64,000 bases of DNA from IMG/VR virus record IMGVR_UViG_3300027327_000001; one strand, given 5' to 3'. The position numbers and the translations under genes are program-made. The notes under the pieces are model-generated. The model searched no databases. It was not told the origin of the DNA and was given only the letters and a program-made list of their open reading frames with translations. The first letter of the stretch is position 1, and each line of letters starts with the position of its first letter. Shown here one piece after another: positions 15,691 to 24,171 of the stretch. This DNA is from a virus.

Positions 15691-15962
15691 TTAAATTGCT
15701 TTTCTTTCGCGCTGGCGGCGATGGCACTTCGGATTTTTCTCTTGATTTCGTTCAGAGTCGAGCCATTTTGACGCAATGCATGGGAAATATGATCGTCTTC
15801 GTAGTAAAAGCGATCTGGCCCGCTAATCCATCTTTCGGACCTGTCTTTGGGCTTACTGTTTTTCATGACAATTCCGATATGAACATTCAAGCCCGCATGT
15901 TTAAGATAAATCTGATGAACCGTGGCCGTAAAAAAATGGAATCTTATGCATGATTTTGGCAT
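15687..15962 (-). CDS. small protein, tandem paralog 5 of 5 (most diverged)
   Basis: 91 aa. It shares …H/P.G(I/Y)… and the C-terminal L.EIKRKIRSAI with its neighbours. An ATGA overlap joins it to the MTase start. Confidence 0.6.
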   Translation of the reverse strand: MPKSCIRFHFFTATVHQIYLKHAGLNVHIGIVMKNSKPKDRSERWISGPDRFYYEDDHISHALRQNGSTLNEIKRKIRSAIAASAKEKQFK

Positions 15963-16228
15963 TACTGAGCTCCCTTCTCCTTCATGCTCGCGCCGACCTG
16001 CATTCTGATCTCGAATTTGAGATCATTCAAATTCCAATGCTGGTCGAAGAGGACAGAAGGATCGAAATATGGCGACAAATGTTCCGTTGGACGGCTTTTC
16101 CAACCGGTGAATGTCTTCTCGATTAATCCTATTGGAACGTCCAAGCCGCGCTCGCGCATGTAAATACGCCAATTGCCGGAAGCCGCTTCGCGCTTGAATT
16201 CTATTGTTCTTTTCGGATGAATCGACAT
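15962..16228 (-). CDS. small protein, tandem paralog 4 of 5
   Basis: 88 aa: …VPIGLIEKTFTGWKSRP…LNDLKFEIRMQV…. Confidence 0.65.
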   Translation of the reverse strand: MSIHPKRTIEFKREAASGNWRIYMRERGLDVPIGLIEKTFTGWKSRPTEHLSPYFDPSVLFDQHWNLNDLKFEIRMQVGASMKEKGAQ

Positions 16229-16229
16229 G

Positions 16230-16496
16230 CTACTTTCCCGTCTCCTTCAGGGTTTCTAGGATCGCCGCCTTAACCTTGCGCTTCAATTCCGGCAGGGTTT
16301 TGGCCTCCTGGAAAATAACGTCAGCGTCGAAAAACTCCGATTTCGTTATTATAGAAGTGCTGCTCCATCCGCCTCCCCATTGCTTAATGCAATAGCCGAC
16401 AGGCATGAGCATGCCGCCCTCGTCTACGAGAATAGATTCAACGCCTAATTCGCCCATAGTCTCGAAGGTGACTCTTTTCTTGGGATTCTTGGACAT
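16230..16496 (-). CDS. small protein, tandem paralog 3 of 5
   Basis: 88 aa: …MPVGYCIKQWGGGWSS…LPELKRKVKAAILE…. Confidence 0.65.
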   Translation of the reverse strand: MSKNPKKRVTFETMGELGVESILVDEGGMLMPVGYCIKQWGGGWSSTSIITKSEFFDADVIFQEAKTLPELKRKVKAAILETLKETGK

Positions 16497-16497
16497 G

Positions 16498-16758
16498 CTA
16501 GTTTCCTTTCTGTTTCATGCTGTCCGCGATCGTGGCTCTGACTTTGCGCTTGAGTCCGTTCAGTGTGCGGTCGTAAAGGAAAAGATCTCGATAGTCGTAA
16601 AGCTCTGACGTTTCTGTCGGCCTGCTGCTCCATCCGCCTCCCCAATCTCGACTGCAGAAGCCGACCGGAATCATCATGTCGCCATCACGCAGTAAAATAT
16701 CGTGAACACTTAACTGTTGGAATTCGAATACGACTTTCAATTTGCGGCGCACGGCCAT
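16498..16758 (-). CDS. small protein, tandem paralog 2 of 5
   Basis: 86 aa: …IPVGFCSRDWGGGWSS…LNGLKRKVRATIAD…. Confidence 0.65.
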   Translation of the reverse strand: MAVRRKLKVVFEFQQLSVHDILLRDGDMMIPVGFCSRDWGGGWSSRPTETSELYDYRDLFLYDRTLNGLKRKVRATIADSMKQKGN

Positions 16759-16759
16759 G

Positions 16760-17026
16760 CTAAGCTCCTCTGTTCGTCATCAAGCCTTGCGCGATCGCTT
16801 CTCGGACCTTGCGCTTGAGTCCGTTCAGAGTCCGGTCATGACAGTAAAGCACCTTATAGTTTTGAAACTTTACATTTTTTATCGGCTCGCTTCGCCATCC
16901 TCTCCAATCACGACAGCAATAACCTACCGGCCAACTCATTTCACCGTCGTCGATGAAAATTTCGTAAGTGCGGGACACTACTGCGTCCCGCTTGAATACA
17001 ACTTTCGTTTTGCGGCTTGCGGCCAT
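16760..17026 (-). CDS. small protein, tandem paralog 1 of 5
   Basis: 88 aa: …WPVGYCCRDWRGWRSE…LNGLKRKVREAIAQ…. Confidence 0.65.
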   Translation of the reverse strand: MAASRKTKVVFKRDAVVSRTYEIFIDDGEMSWPVGYCCRDWRGWRSEPIKNVKFQNYKVLYCHDRTLNGLKRKVREAIAQGLMTNRGA

Positions 17027-17944
17027 CTACTTTCCTTTCGGGAATTGACGGACATTAAGAAAGTCCGGAATCGGTTCTAGTCGCGCCATCTGCTTCATGA
17101 AGAATGCCACGCGGTTTCTAGCGCATTCCTGCATCAACTTGAGTGCCCATGCATTATCCATGTGCCTGGCCTTCGGTCCGGACTCGCCGCCGACAATCAC
17201 TTGATCCAGACGATTCAGCATTCCTCTAGTTCCGGATCCAATCCACCCGGTGAGAGCGTTTATTGGAGGGCCGCGCCTCGGATCAATATCTTCAAGAGAC
17301 ATTGCCCCAATGAGCGGTTCGGCGCTCAGGAAGCGTTTTGCCGCTTTCGCTCCGAGCAAGTGCGGAATTCGAATATTCGCGGTCTTCTGATCCTCGGCTG
17401 AAACGCCTAGCCAGACGTTTTTAAGCGGCCAATGGCGCGCGTAGTCGATGATGCCGCGCTTCTCGGCAATGTCGGACATCGCTTGGAAAACAGCGTTCTC
17501 GAACCACAATGCCGTTGTTCCCTGCGCGGTTGCTCCGAACAACTTCTCAAGTCGCATATGGCGCTTGGTGAGCACTTTGAAAGTGTGCTGCGGCGCCAAT
17601 CCCATGACGGCGAATATCTGATGCAACCAGCTTTGAGGAACGTTTTCGAGAAATATATCAGTCATCGAGCAAACAAACACGCCCCGCGGCGCCGTCCAAT
17701 GCAAAGGATAGTTGAGCACGCGTTGATCGAGGTAAAGCTCGACCTTGCTCGAGTCCTGATTGGCGAAACGGACGGGATTTTGAAACCTTGTCTGTAGGCG
17801 TTCGGCATAGCAATTCTTGCAACCGTCGCTGACATGCACGCAGAAGTGGCCGCGCCCTCCGGTTTCGAGATTGTAAGCTCGTATCGGATTCCATGATTCG
17901 GCGCGGCCGCCTGGGTTTGAAACCCATTCAATTTTTGTTGGCAT
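17027..17944 (-). CDS. DUF5131 (phage Gp37/Gp68) family protein
   Basis: MPTKIEWVSNPGGRAESWNPIRAYN....GHFCVHVSDGCKNCYAERL is the characteristic N-terminus with the Cys cluster of this family. 305 aa. Confidence 0.75.
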   Translation of the reverse strand: MPTKIEWVSNPGGRAESWNPIRAYNLETGGRGHFCVHVSDGCKNCYAERLQTRFQNPVRFANQDSSKVELYLDQRVLNYPLHWTAPRGVFVCSMTDIFLENVPQSWLHQIFAVMGLAPQHTFKVLTKRHMRLEKLFGATAQGTTALWFENAVFQAMSDIAEKRGIIDYARHWPLKNVWLGVSAEDQKTANIRIPHLLGAKAAKRFLSAEPLIGAMSLEDIDPRRGPPINALTGWIGSGTRGMLNRLDQVIVGGESGPKARHMDNAWALKLMQECARNRVAFFMKQMARLEPIPDFLNVRQFPKGK

Positions 17945-17953
17945 TGGTCTTCC

Positions 17954-18370
17954 TTAGAAAGGTATCGTGTCGCCGGTGTCTTCCTGACCAGGTTCGCCTT
18001 CAAGCTCCGAGGCGGTTTTGCCGCTGCATGGCGGTATCTCCAACTCGACGCTTTCCGGAGTTTCCGTCTCATACGGCAGCCCCATCGCATTCAAACTCGT
18101 GCGATGCTCGTGATAGTAGAGGATCGGCTCGTTGTTTGCAGCCGCGTAGGCGCGGGCGACCTTCTCCTCAATCGGAGTCAGGCAGTAAACCGAGGACGGC
18201 GGAACGAAGTGCGTAGCGGCAACCGCCTGCTCGTCGCCTACGTAAACGTCCACGCGAAGGAATTTCGCGCCGCCGAGCTCGTATTCGCTCACGAGTCCGC
18301 AAATCCTTCTGTGCCCCATCATTTCGAGCAGGGCGAATGTGAAAAACTGGCTTGTGAATTCGGTGGTCAT
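17954..18370 (-). CDS. hypothetical protein
   Basis: ORF track, 138 aa. The stop and start are coupled to the neighbouring genes. Confidence 0.55.
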   Translation of the reverse strand: MTTEFTSQFFTFALLEMMGHRRICGLVSEYELGGAKFLRVDVYVGDEQAVAATHFVPPSSVYCLTPIEEKVARAYAAANNEPILYYHEHRTSLNAMGLPYETETPESVELEIPPCSGKTASELEGEPGQEDTGDTIPF

Positions 18371-18801
18371 TTGAGTCTCCTCATGAAGTCAATTAGTTCG
18401 CTGGTGCTGAAAATATTCCAGCCGACGCTACCATATTGCTCCCAGTATCCGTCTGAAATATTGACGAAAACCGGAATATCGCAAGCTACGGCGGTTGCGA
18501 CTTCCGCCCTGCATCCCTTGGAATCATTCCACGGCTTTTGAAGCACGAGCAGGCAATTGACGCCGCGGCAAATCAGGGGCAGTTCGACATAAAAATAGTG
18601 GCGCGGGCTAAGAGGTAACCGGCATGTCGGGTCGATTCTGCGCGACATTTCCTCTATCTCGGCCGTTACTTTGATGGGATTGATCACTTGAAAGCCGTGG
18701 CCTGTGAACAGTTCGTCGAATTCCGTGAACAGCGGTTCGTTGTAGTCAGGAACGCCGCGCATCGGCGCGGAAATGTATATCATTTTTCTGTTGCCGGTCA
18801 T
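18367..18801 (-). CDS. DUF4406 / nucleoside 2-deoxyribosyltransferase-like protein, paralog 3
   Basis: MIYISAPMRGVPDYNEPLFTEFDELFTGHGFQVINP matches the DUF4406 N-terminus (IYI.GPM.G..DYN...F......L...G..V.NP). The ATG at 18801 overlaps the upstream TGA (ATGA). Confidence 0.6.
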   Translation of the reverse strand: MTGNRKMIYISAPMRGVPDYNEPLFTEFDELFTGHGFQVINPIKVTAEIEEMSRRIDPTCRLPLSPRHYFYVELPLICRGVNCLLVLQKPWNDSKGCRAEVATAVACDIPVFVNISDGYWEQYGSVGWNIFSTSELIDFMRRLK

Positions 18802-19283
18802 TTTGATAGGTTCCATACGTAGAGGCAAGCCATGTCTCTTGACATGAATTGACTGTTTTTTGTGTCTGGCTCATACATGAGCCAAGTGACATAATTTTTT
18901 TTGCTAAGACCGGTCATTCTGACCCATTCTTGTCTCGGAATATGGTGATTAATGAAGACCGGTATACCGCACGACAATGCCAGATCGACGACCCATCGTC
19001 CTTCAGGATCCTCGTGCCAATCGGGACTCTCTACGAATAGCGCGTTCGCGTGGAGAGCGATTGCTGAAGCTTCCTCAGCCAGATAACACCTTGTCGGCAA
19101 CGGAATTTTGGTTTCCGGGTCTTCATCAAGAGCCAAAGCGTTTACTCGATCTCTCACTTGGAAAGGATCGTCGACGGTTACTCCGTTATCTTCAAGGAAT
19201 CTTTTCCTGTATAATTCCATCACTTCTTGAAGCATGGCGTAATGGAAACTAAGCGGCGTCCAGTAATATATTTTTATTGTCAT
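18798..19283 (-). CDS. DUF4406-like paralog 2
   Basis: MTIKIYYWTP…DPETKIPLPTRCYLAEE…WHEDPEGRWVVDLALSCGIPVFINH aligns with both neighbours. Confidence 0.6.
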   Translation of the reverse strand: MTIKIYYWTPLSFHYAMLQEVMELYRKRFLEDNGVTVDDPFQVRDRVNALALDEDPETKIPLPTRCYLAEEASAIALHANALFVESPDWHEDPEGRWVVDLALSCGIPVFINHHIPRQEWVRMTGLSKKNYVTWLMYEPDTKNSQFMSRDMACLYVWNLSK

Positions 19284-19362
19284 TTTCTTAGATCCCATAC
19301 CATGCGGCAAGCTTCCGTGGTTGTCATGAATTGACGTGGAAGATACTCCTTTCTGTTGCTGG

Positions 19363-19848
19363 TCATTGCGCTATGTCCGATAAGTAGAAGCACGCATTCT
19401 TTGTTGACATGAATTCAATCTTATTAGTGCCAGGTTCGTGCAATTCCCACGTCAGATAATTCTCGCTGTAAATACCCGTCATGGATGCAATAACTTTTCT
19501 TGAGCGACAGTGATTAACAAAGACAGGTTTGCCGCAACATAGGGCTAGATCGACGAGGCATCGTCCTTCGGGATACTCGATCCATTCGGGTTCCTCTACG
19601 AATAGTGCGATCGCATGGAGAGCGACTGCCGAAGTTTCCTCGGCCAAATAATATTTTGCAGGCAACGGAATTTCGGTTTCGGGATCCGCCTCAAGAGCCA
19701 ACTCATTTACTTTGTCTCTAACTTGGAACCGATCATTGATTGTAACGCCGTATTCTATGCGAAAGCTTTTCCGCGCTAATTTTAGCATGTCTTCAATAAT
19801 GACACGATTAAGGCGAGGCGGGAACCAGTAGTAGATTGGAATGGTCAT
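19363..19848 (-). CDS. DUF4406-like paralog 1
   Basis: MTIPIYYWFP…DPETEIPLPAKYYLAEE…WIEYPEGRCLVDLALCCGKPVFVNH. Confidence 0.6.
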   Translation of the reverse strand: MTIPIYYWFPPRLNRVIIEDMLKLARKSFRIEYGVTINDRFQVRDKVNELALEADPETEIPLPAKYYLAEETSAVALHAIALFVEEPEWIEYPEGRCLVDLALCCGKPVFVNHCRSRKVIASMTGIYSENYLTWELHEPGTNKIEFMSTKNACFYLSDIAQ

Positions 19849-19898
19849 TTAAGTCTCCTTGTCATGCAACATAATCATTTGTAGTTACGATGCAAGCC

Positions 19899-20993
19899 CT
19901 ATCTCTGCTCATTTTCAGTTTCGGCGGCTTCGAACGGAGAAGCTTCCCACGTAATGCCGCGATCCTGTATCCTGCGCCGTAGCCATATCTTCTCGCGCCG
20001 GCCGTAATTCTGCTTCTGGACGTATAGCCCCAGCTTCGCTTCAGGATCGTCCTTGCCTTTCTTCTGCTGCTCGCCGTGAAGCTGATGATAGCCCAGGCTG
20101 AGAAGCGTCCGGACGCTGTTGCGCCACTCCGTATGCCCGCTCCAGTATTTATTCGACTGCGACGGATGGGCGACGAACATCACCGCGCAATTCGCTCGCT
20201 CGGCCCAATGATTCCACTCGTCCAGGAAGGCTCTGACGAAGCCTCGAACGTTCTCATCCGAACCGAACGCGGCGCCAATAGGATCAACAATCAAAAGATC
20301 CGCTTTAAAATCTTCGCACACCTTGCGGAGCTTGTGTCCGGTCGCCAGCGTCTCCGATACTGTCTGAACGTGTTTTCCGAGGACTGGACCGAATAGGAAT
20401 CCCTCGCCTTGAAGCGTCACGAACTTGATATTGCCGCGCCACTTTCCGCGCTGTATCGCCGGCAAAGTGTTGTTGCGGAAATTGCGCGAGAATGCGTCGC
20501 GCTTGTCCTCATACGATGCAAAGACGATCTTGCGCTCGCGTTCCGGAGCCAGGAAATTGTGGGGAGTGAAGCTCGCCCACTCCGGTTCACCGGATGCCAG
20601 GGCCGCCGCTATCTGGCACATGAGGTTGGTCTTGCCAAGATTGGCGGTTCCCGACAGATAGCAGACGGACGCTTCCAGAATGAGTCCGGGTATGAGCCAC
20701 TTCGGATCGCCAGGATTGGGATCAAGCTCATCGTAGGTCGTGAGCGGCTTACGATTCTTAGCGATTGACAGTATTGAATCGCCGATTGCAGCAGGGTCCT
20801 TGCTGTTGTCCAAGTCCTTGACGAGCTGGGCGGCCTTGGGGCCGGCCCGCAGCTTGTCGACGGCTTCCCGTAGCTTGGCAATCGTCTCATCGTCAACGTA
20901 GCCCTGCCGGTCGAGAGCAGCTGCGACATAGCGCAGCAGGTCTTTCGGATCGTCGAATGACTCCTCGCGAAACGGTTCATCCGTGGATTGCAT
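19899..20993 (-). CDS. RepA/DnaB-like RecA-fold NTPase (AAA_25-type), probable replicative helicase
   Basis: The Walker A-like motif is SGTANLGKTNLMCQIA and Walker B is LLIVDPIGAAFG. …VMFVAHPSQS… is also present. It overlaps the primase gene. Confidence 0.65.
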   Translation of the reverse strand: MQSTDEPFREESFDDPKDLLRYVAAALDRQGYVDDETIAKLREAVDKLRAGPKAAQLVKDLDNSKDPAAIGDSILSIAKNRKPLTTYDELDPNPGDPKWLIPGLILEASVCYLSGTANLGKTNLMCQIAAALASGEPEWASFTPHNFLAPERERKIVFASYEDKRDAFSRNFRNNTLPAIQRGKWRGNIKFVTLQGEGFLFGPVLGKHVQTVSETLATGHKLRKVCEDFKADLLIVDPIGAAFGSDENVRGFVRAFLDEWNHWAERANCAVMFVAHPSQSNKYWSGHTEWRNSVRTLLSLGYHQLHGEQQKKGKDDPEAKLGLYVQKQNYGRREKIWLRRRIQDRGITWEASPFEAAETENEQR

Positions 20994-22065
20994 GCTGGCG
21001 CTCGAGGTCGTATCGCCACTGCCAATGTGCTTCCTCGGAAATGATTGAAAGACGCTCCTCGTCTACATCCGCGAATTCTATTCGCCCCAGCCGTTCTGCA
21101 GGATCCCCGCCCGACTCCGGAACAAATACGGTCGCACGGATTCCCATTGCGTTGATCTTCGAGCCGAGAATTCGAGACACTTCCTTGCCCGTCTCGTCGT
21201 CGTCTCGGTAAATCCCCACGGATTGCAGCGCCTGCAGTTCGGCTACCTGATTGACAAGCTCATCGGACTTGAACGAAGCCGTTCCTATCATCGCCGCAAC
21301 CGGAACCGGATACGTCGACGCGAGCGCCAGCGCGTCGGCAATGCCCTCGCAGAAAGCCATCTTGCGGCAGCCGTTGATCAGCCCGATCACGTGGCAGCAG
21401 TCCAGATTGGATCCCATCGTGCGCTTTTTCAGCCCGCCTTTCGCCTCGTCGCGATCGCGGCAGGGATAGCCGTCTACGGTGAGCGCGATCATGTGGACGC
21501 TTCTAGGCGCGATCCTCGTTGGATTTTCGTGGCGCCACTGGGTGAACGGCATCACGGCGGCAATAAGGCTGCCGGCGCCTTCGTGATCGGGATTGCCGAG
21601 CGCCGGCACCCATCGCTGCATCACCGGCCAACTCACCTTCGGATGCCAAATCCCGCGCCTTGCAGCCCACTTTCGCACCGGATGCGAAGCGTCGAGAGGA
21701 ATTTCCTTCGAGTATTTCCAGAACTGCCCGGCAAGATCCTCGCGCTGCTTGCGCCTTTCCCGATGCTCCTTGCTCTCCCGTTTTTTCTTCTCGGACCTTT
21801 CCTTGGGCGGTTCCCGCGTGTCTCCCTTGACCATTCTCAGTGCCTCCTTCTGACTCATTCTCCGCTTGTCTTCCAAATACGTAACAGCGTCGCCCTTCGC
21901 GCCGCAGCCAAAGCAAAAGTAAAGCCCTCGCTCGCAATCGACGTGGCAACTGGGATTCCTGTCGTCGTGAAACGGGCAAAGGACATGTATGGAACCGTAG
22001 GTTTTCCGGAATCGTATTCCGTCCTGCTGCATGAGTGACACGAGATCGGTTTTGTCATCGCTCAT
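20977..22065 (-). CDS. DNA primase (CHC2 zinc finger + Toprim)
   Basis: CPFHDDRNPSCHVDCERGLYFCFGCGAKGD is a CHC2 zinc finger. The Toprim-like acidic motifs are FCEGIADALA and IYRDDDETGKE. Confidence 0.8.
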   Translation of the reverse strand: MSDDKTDLVSLMQQDGIRFRKTYGSIHVLCPFHDDRNPSCHVDCERGLYFCFGCGAKGDAVTYLEDKRRMSQKEALRMVKGDTREPPKERSEKKKRESKEHRERRKQREDLAGQFWKYSKEIPLDASHPVRKWAARRGIWHPKVSWPVMQRWVPALGNPDHEGAGSLIAAVMPFTQWRHENPTRIAPRSVHMIALTVDGYPCRDRDEAKGGLKKRTMGSNLDCCHVIGLINGCRKMAFCEGIADALALASTYPVPVAAMIGTASFKSDELVNQVAELQALQSVGIYRDDDETGKEVSRILGSKINAMGIRATVFVPESGGDPAERLGRIEFADVDEERLSIISEEAHWQWRYDLERQHAIHG

Positions 22066-23401
22066 CGCGCTTCCCCTTCGCGATTCTGTATTTCATGAAC
22101 GCCCAGGATTTCGCGTATCCGAGATCTCGACCCAGGGCCTTGTAGTCCGAAAGCGTCTCGCAAAGCCGGACGGCGTGGGCGACGTTCCTTTTGTCCCATC
22201 CGTATGCCGTGCGGTTGATCTGAATCGCAGCGTCATTGACGGTGATGAATTTGCACTCGACTTCTTCCGGAAGATCGCGCGGATTGCCGGCGCCGTTCTC
22301 GGACCTGTCCTGCCGGCGCTCAGGTCGCTTCTTCACGCCGTCGAGACTCCACAGGTATGCGCTGAGCGGCCCGCCCAGACGCTGGCAGTTGCCTACGGTA
22401 TCGACGACGACGGACTCTCCGGAAGGATGCTCGTGCGGCCTTAGAGCGCGCCCTATGCCCTGCAAATGACGGACGACGGAAGCCGTTGGCCGCATGAGCA
22501 AAGCGCAGGTCGCGCCCGGTATATCGATGCCTTCTCCGAGAACGTCCACGCTGAACAAAATTTGAGTCCGTTGAGATCGGAAGTCGTCTATCGCAGCGTC
22601 GCGCTCGTTGGGATGCATTTCGCCGTCGACATACCCGGCGGCAAATCCGCCTGCCTCGAATTTAGATCGGGCTTCGATGCCGTGTTGCCGCGTGATGCAG
22701 AAAGCGATTGTCTGGTGGGTGCCGGCTTCATGCCGCCATGCCGTCAAAGCGTTGGCGATCTTGCCTCTGACTCGTTCTTCGGTTTGCTTGCGAGCGTATT
22801 CCCCGCCTCGCTTGCGGATTCCCTTGATGTCCACGATGTCGACGGACCGAATCCGATACCTCGATAGCGCGCCCAGTTCTATTAGTTCTGCTACCGGCGG
22901 TCCGTAGACCATTTTTCCATAGATGCCGCGGAAGCCCCTGCCGTCGAGACGCGCCGGCGTTGCCGACAGTCCGAGCATGGCTTCCGGATTGAGAAGCTCA
23001 ATGGCTTGGACGTAGGTATTCGCCGCGCTGTGGTGAGCCTCGTCGATGACAAGCAGATCGCAATCGAGCGACCAGTATTTCGTCTCCTTGCGCGCTATCA
23101 ACGTCTGCACTTGAATGACTTGGCATCGAGCATAGGGATTGGGCGCGACGTTGGCTGCGATAACGCCAGGTTCGATGCCGACCGCTCTCAAGTCGTCCAC
23201 CCATTGCTTGCGCAACTCCCGCGTGTGAACGATTACGGCGGCGGTATTGCCCCATTGGTGAACGGCTTTCGAGATCAGATCGCAAGCCAGCTTGGTTTTT
23301 CCGCCGCCTGTCGCCATTTGCGCCATGACGCGCGGATCAACTCGCCAGGCATCTATTATTTCCCGTCCCAACTGGGCTTGATATGGACGCAGAATCACCA
23401 C
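22055..23401 (-). CDS. SF2 DEAD/DEAH-box DNA helicase
   Basis: LRPYQ…MATGGGKTK (motif I), LLVIDEAHHSAA (motif II), GLSATP (motif III), then the helicase C-terminal motifs (…VLGEGIDIP…QGIGRALR). Confidence 0.85.
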   Translation of the reverse strand: MVILRPYQAQLGREIIDAWRVDPRVMAQMATGGGKTKLACDLISKAVHQWGNTAAVIVHTRELRKQWVDDLRAVGIEPGVIAANVAPNPYARCQVIQVQTLIARKETKYWSLDCDLLVIDEAHHSAANTYVQAIELLNPEAMLGLSATPARLDGRGFRGIYGKMVYGPPVAELIELGALSRYRIRSVDIVDIKGIRKRGGEYARKQTEERVRGKIANALTAWRHEAGTHQTIAFCITRQHGIEARSKFEAGGFAAGYVDGEMHPNERDAAIDDFRSQRTQILFSVDVLGEGIDIPGATCALLMRPTASVVRHLQGIGRALRPHEHPSGESVVVDTVGNCQRLGGPLSAYLWSLDGVKKRPERRQDRSENGAGNPRDLPEEVECKFITVNDAAIQINRTAYGWDKRNVAHAVRLCETLSDYKALGRDLGYAKSWAFMKYRIAKGKRDER

Positions 23402-24171
23402 TATTTCAAGTCTTCCCCAATTGATTCTTCGAGCTTCTCAATGTTCTTAAGAATCTTGCTCGCCCTCGTTTTTATTTGCGGAATGTCGCCTCTCATCGCC
23501 TCTCTAAGCTGAATGGCAGATCCTATCCTGCGAGCCTCGGTGCGGGGATCGCTCCAAAACGTGACCATGTGCTCGGCTTCCTCTTTAAACTCTGCAAACC
23601 ACTTCAAATCACGGTCGTATTTCTCCTGCATCCTTTGCAATGCTTCGTCGTGCGACCTTTGCTTATATTTGAGCTGGTATTCCAATTGCTTCCGGACTTC
23701 CCGACTGACTCGCTGGCGAATATCCTCTTCGCTCAGGTTCAGCGTGTTCTTCAGCATCGACGCAACGAATGCGCGGTCTATTTCGGAGCCGCGAGCCTCG
23801 TTCCTAGGCGCGTCCTTGACTATCCTCAAAGCGCCGTTCGCGCTGCATCGGATATACCCCCAGGTTTCGGGAATCTCGGACGGCTCGGCAACGTTGGTCG
23901 TCGCGAGAAGCCACCAAAAGTCACATTTCTCGCGGATAACTTCGGACTTGCGCGGCTTTTTCAACTCGTTCATCCAGTCAGCGCGTGTCCTTTTTATTTC
24001 AAAGCCGTGGATTACGAAGCCGTGCGACGGCCATAAGCTCATCGCGATGGCATCCGCGCTCGTCTGCTCTTTCGGAAAGCCGGGCGAATTACGGACTTCG
24101 AAACCTAGGAACCAGGCGTTAGCGGGGTAGCGCTTTCTCAGCGCTACCCCGATGTCGTGTATGGCGATCAT
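23401..24171 (-). CDS. MmcB-like PD-(D/E)xK nuclease-fold protein with a C-terminal helical region
   Basis: …SADAIAMSLWPSHGFVIHGFEIKRTRADWMNE… resembles the D…(E)xK core of the MmcB family. Confidence 0.45.
   Translation of the reverse strand: MIAIHDIGVALRKRYPANAWFLGFEVRNSPGFPKEQTSADAIAMSLWPSHGFVIHGFEIKRTRADWMNELKKPRKSEVIREKCDFWWLLATTNVAEPSEIPETWGYIRCSANGALRIVKDAPRNEARGSEIDRAFVASMLKNTLNLSEEDIRQRVSREVRKQLEYQLKYKQRSHDEALQRMQEKYDRDLKWFAEFKEEAEHMVTFWSDPRTEARRIGSAIQLREAMRGDIPQIKTRASKILKNIEKLEESIGEDLK

Noticed and set aside
21223-22038. A 271-aa plus-strand ORF lies antisense to the primase gene.
   Set aside because: The primase frame carries clear CHC2 and Toprim motifs. The antisense translation is Arg/His/Pro-rich with no recognisable motif and no SD.
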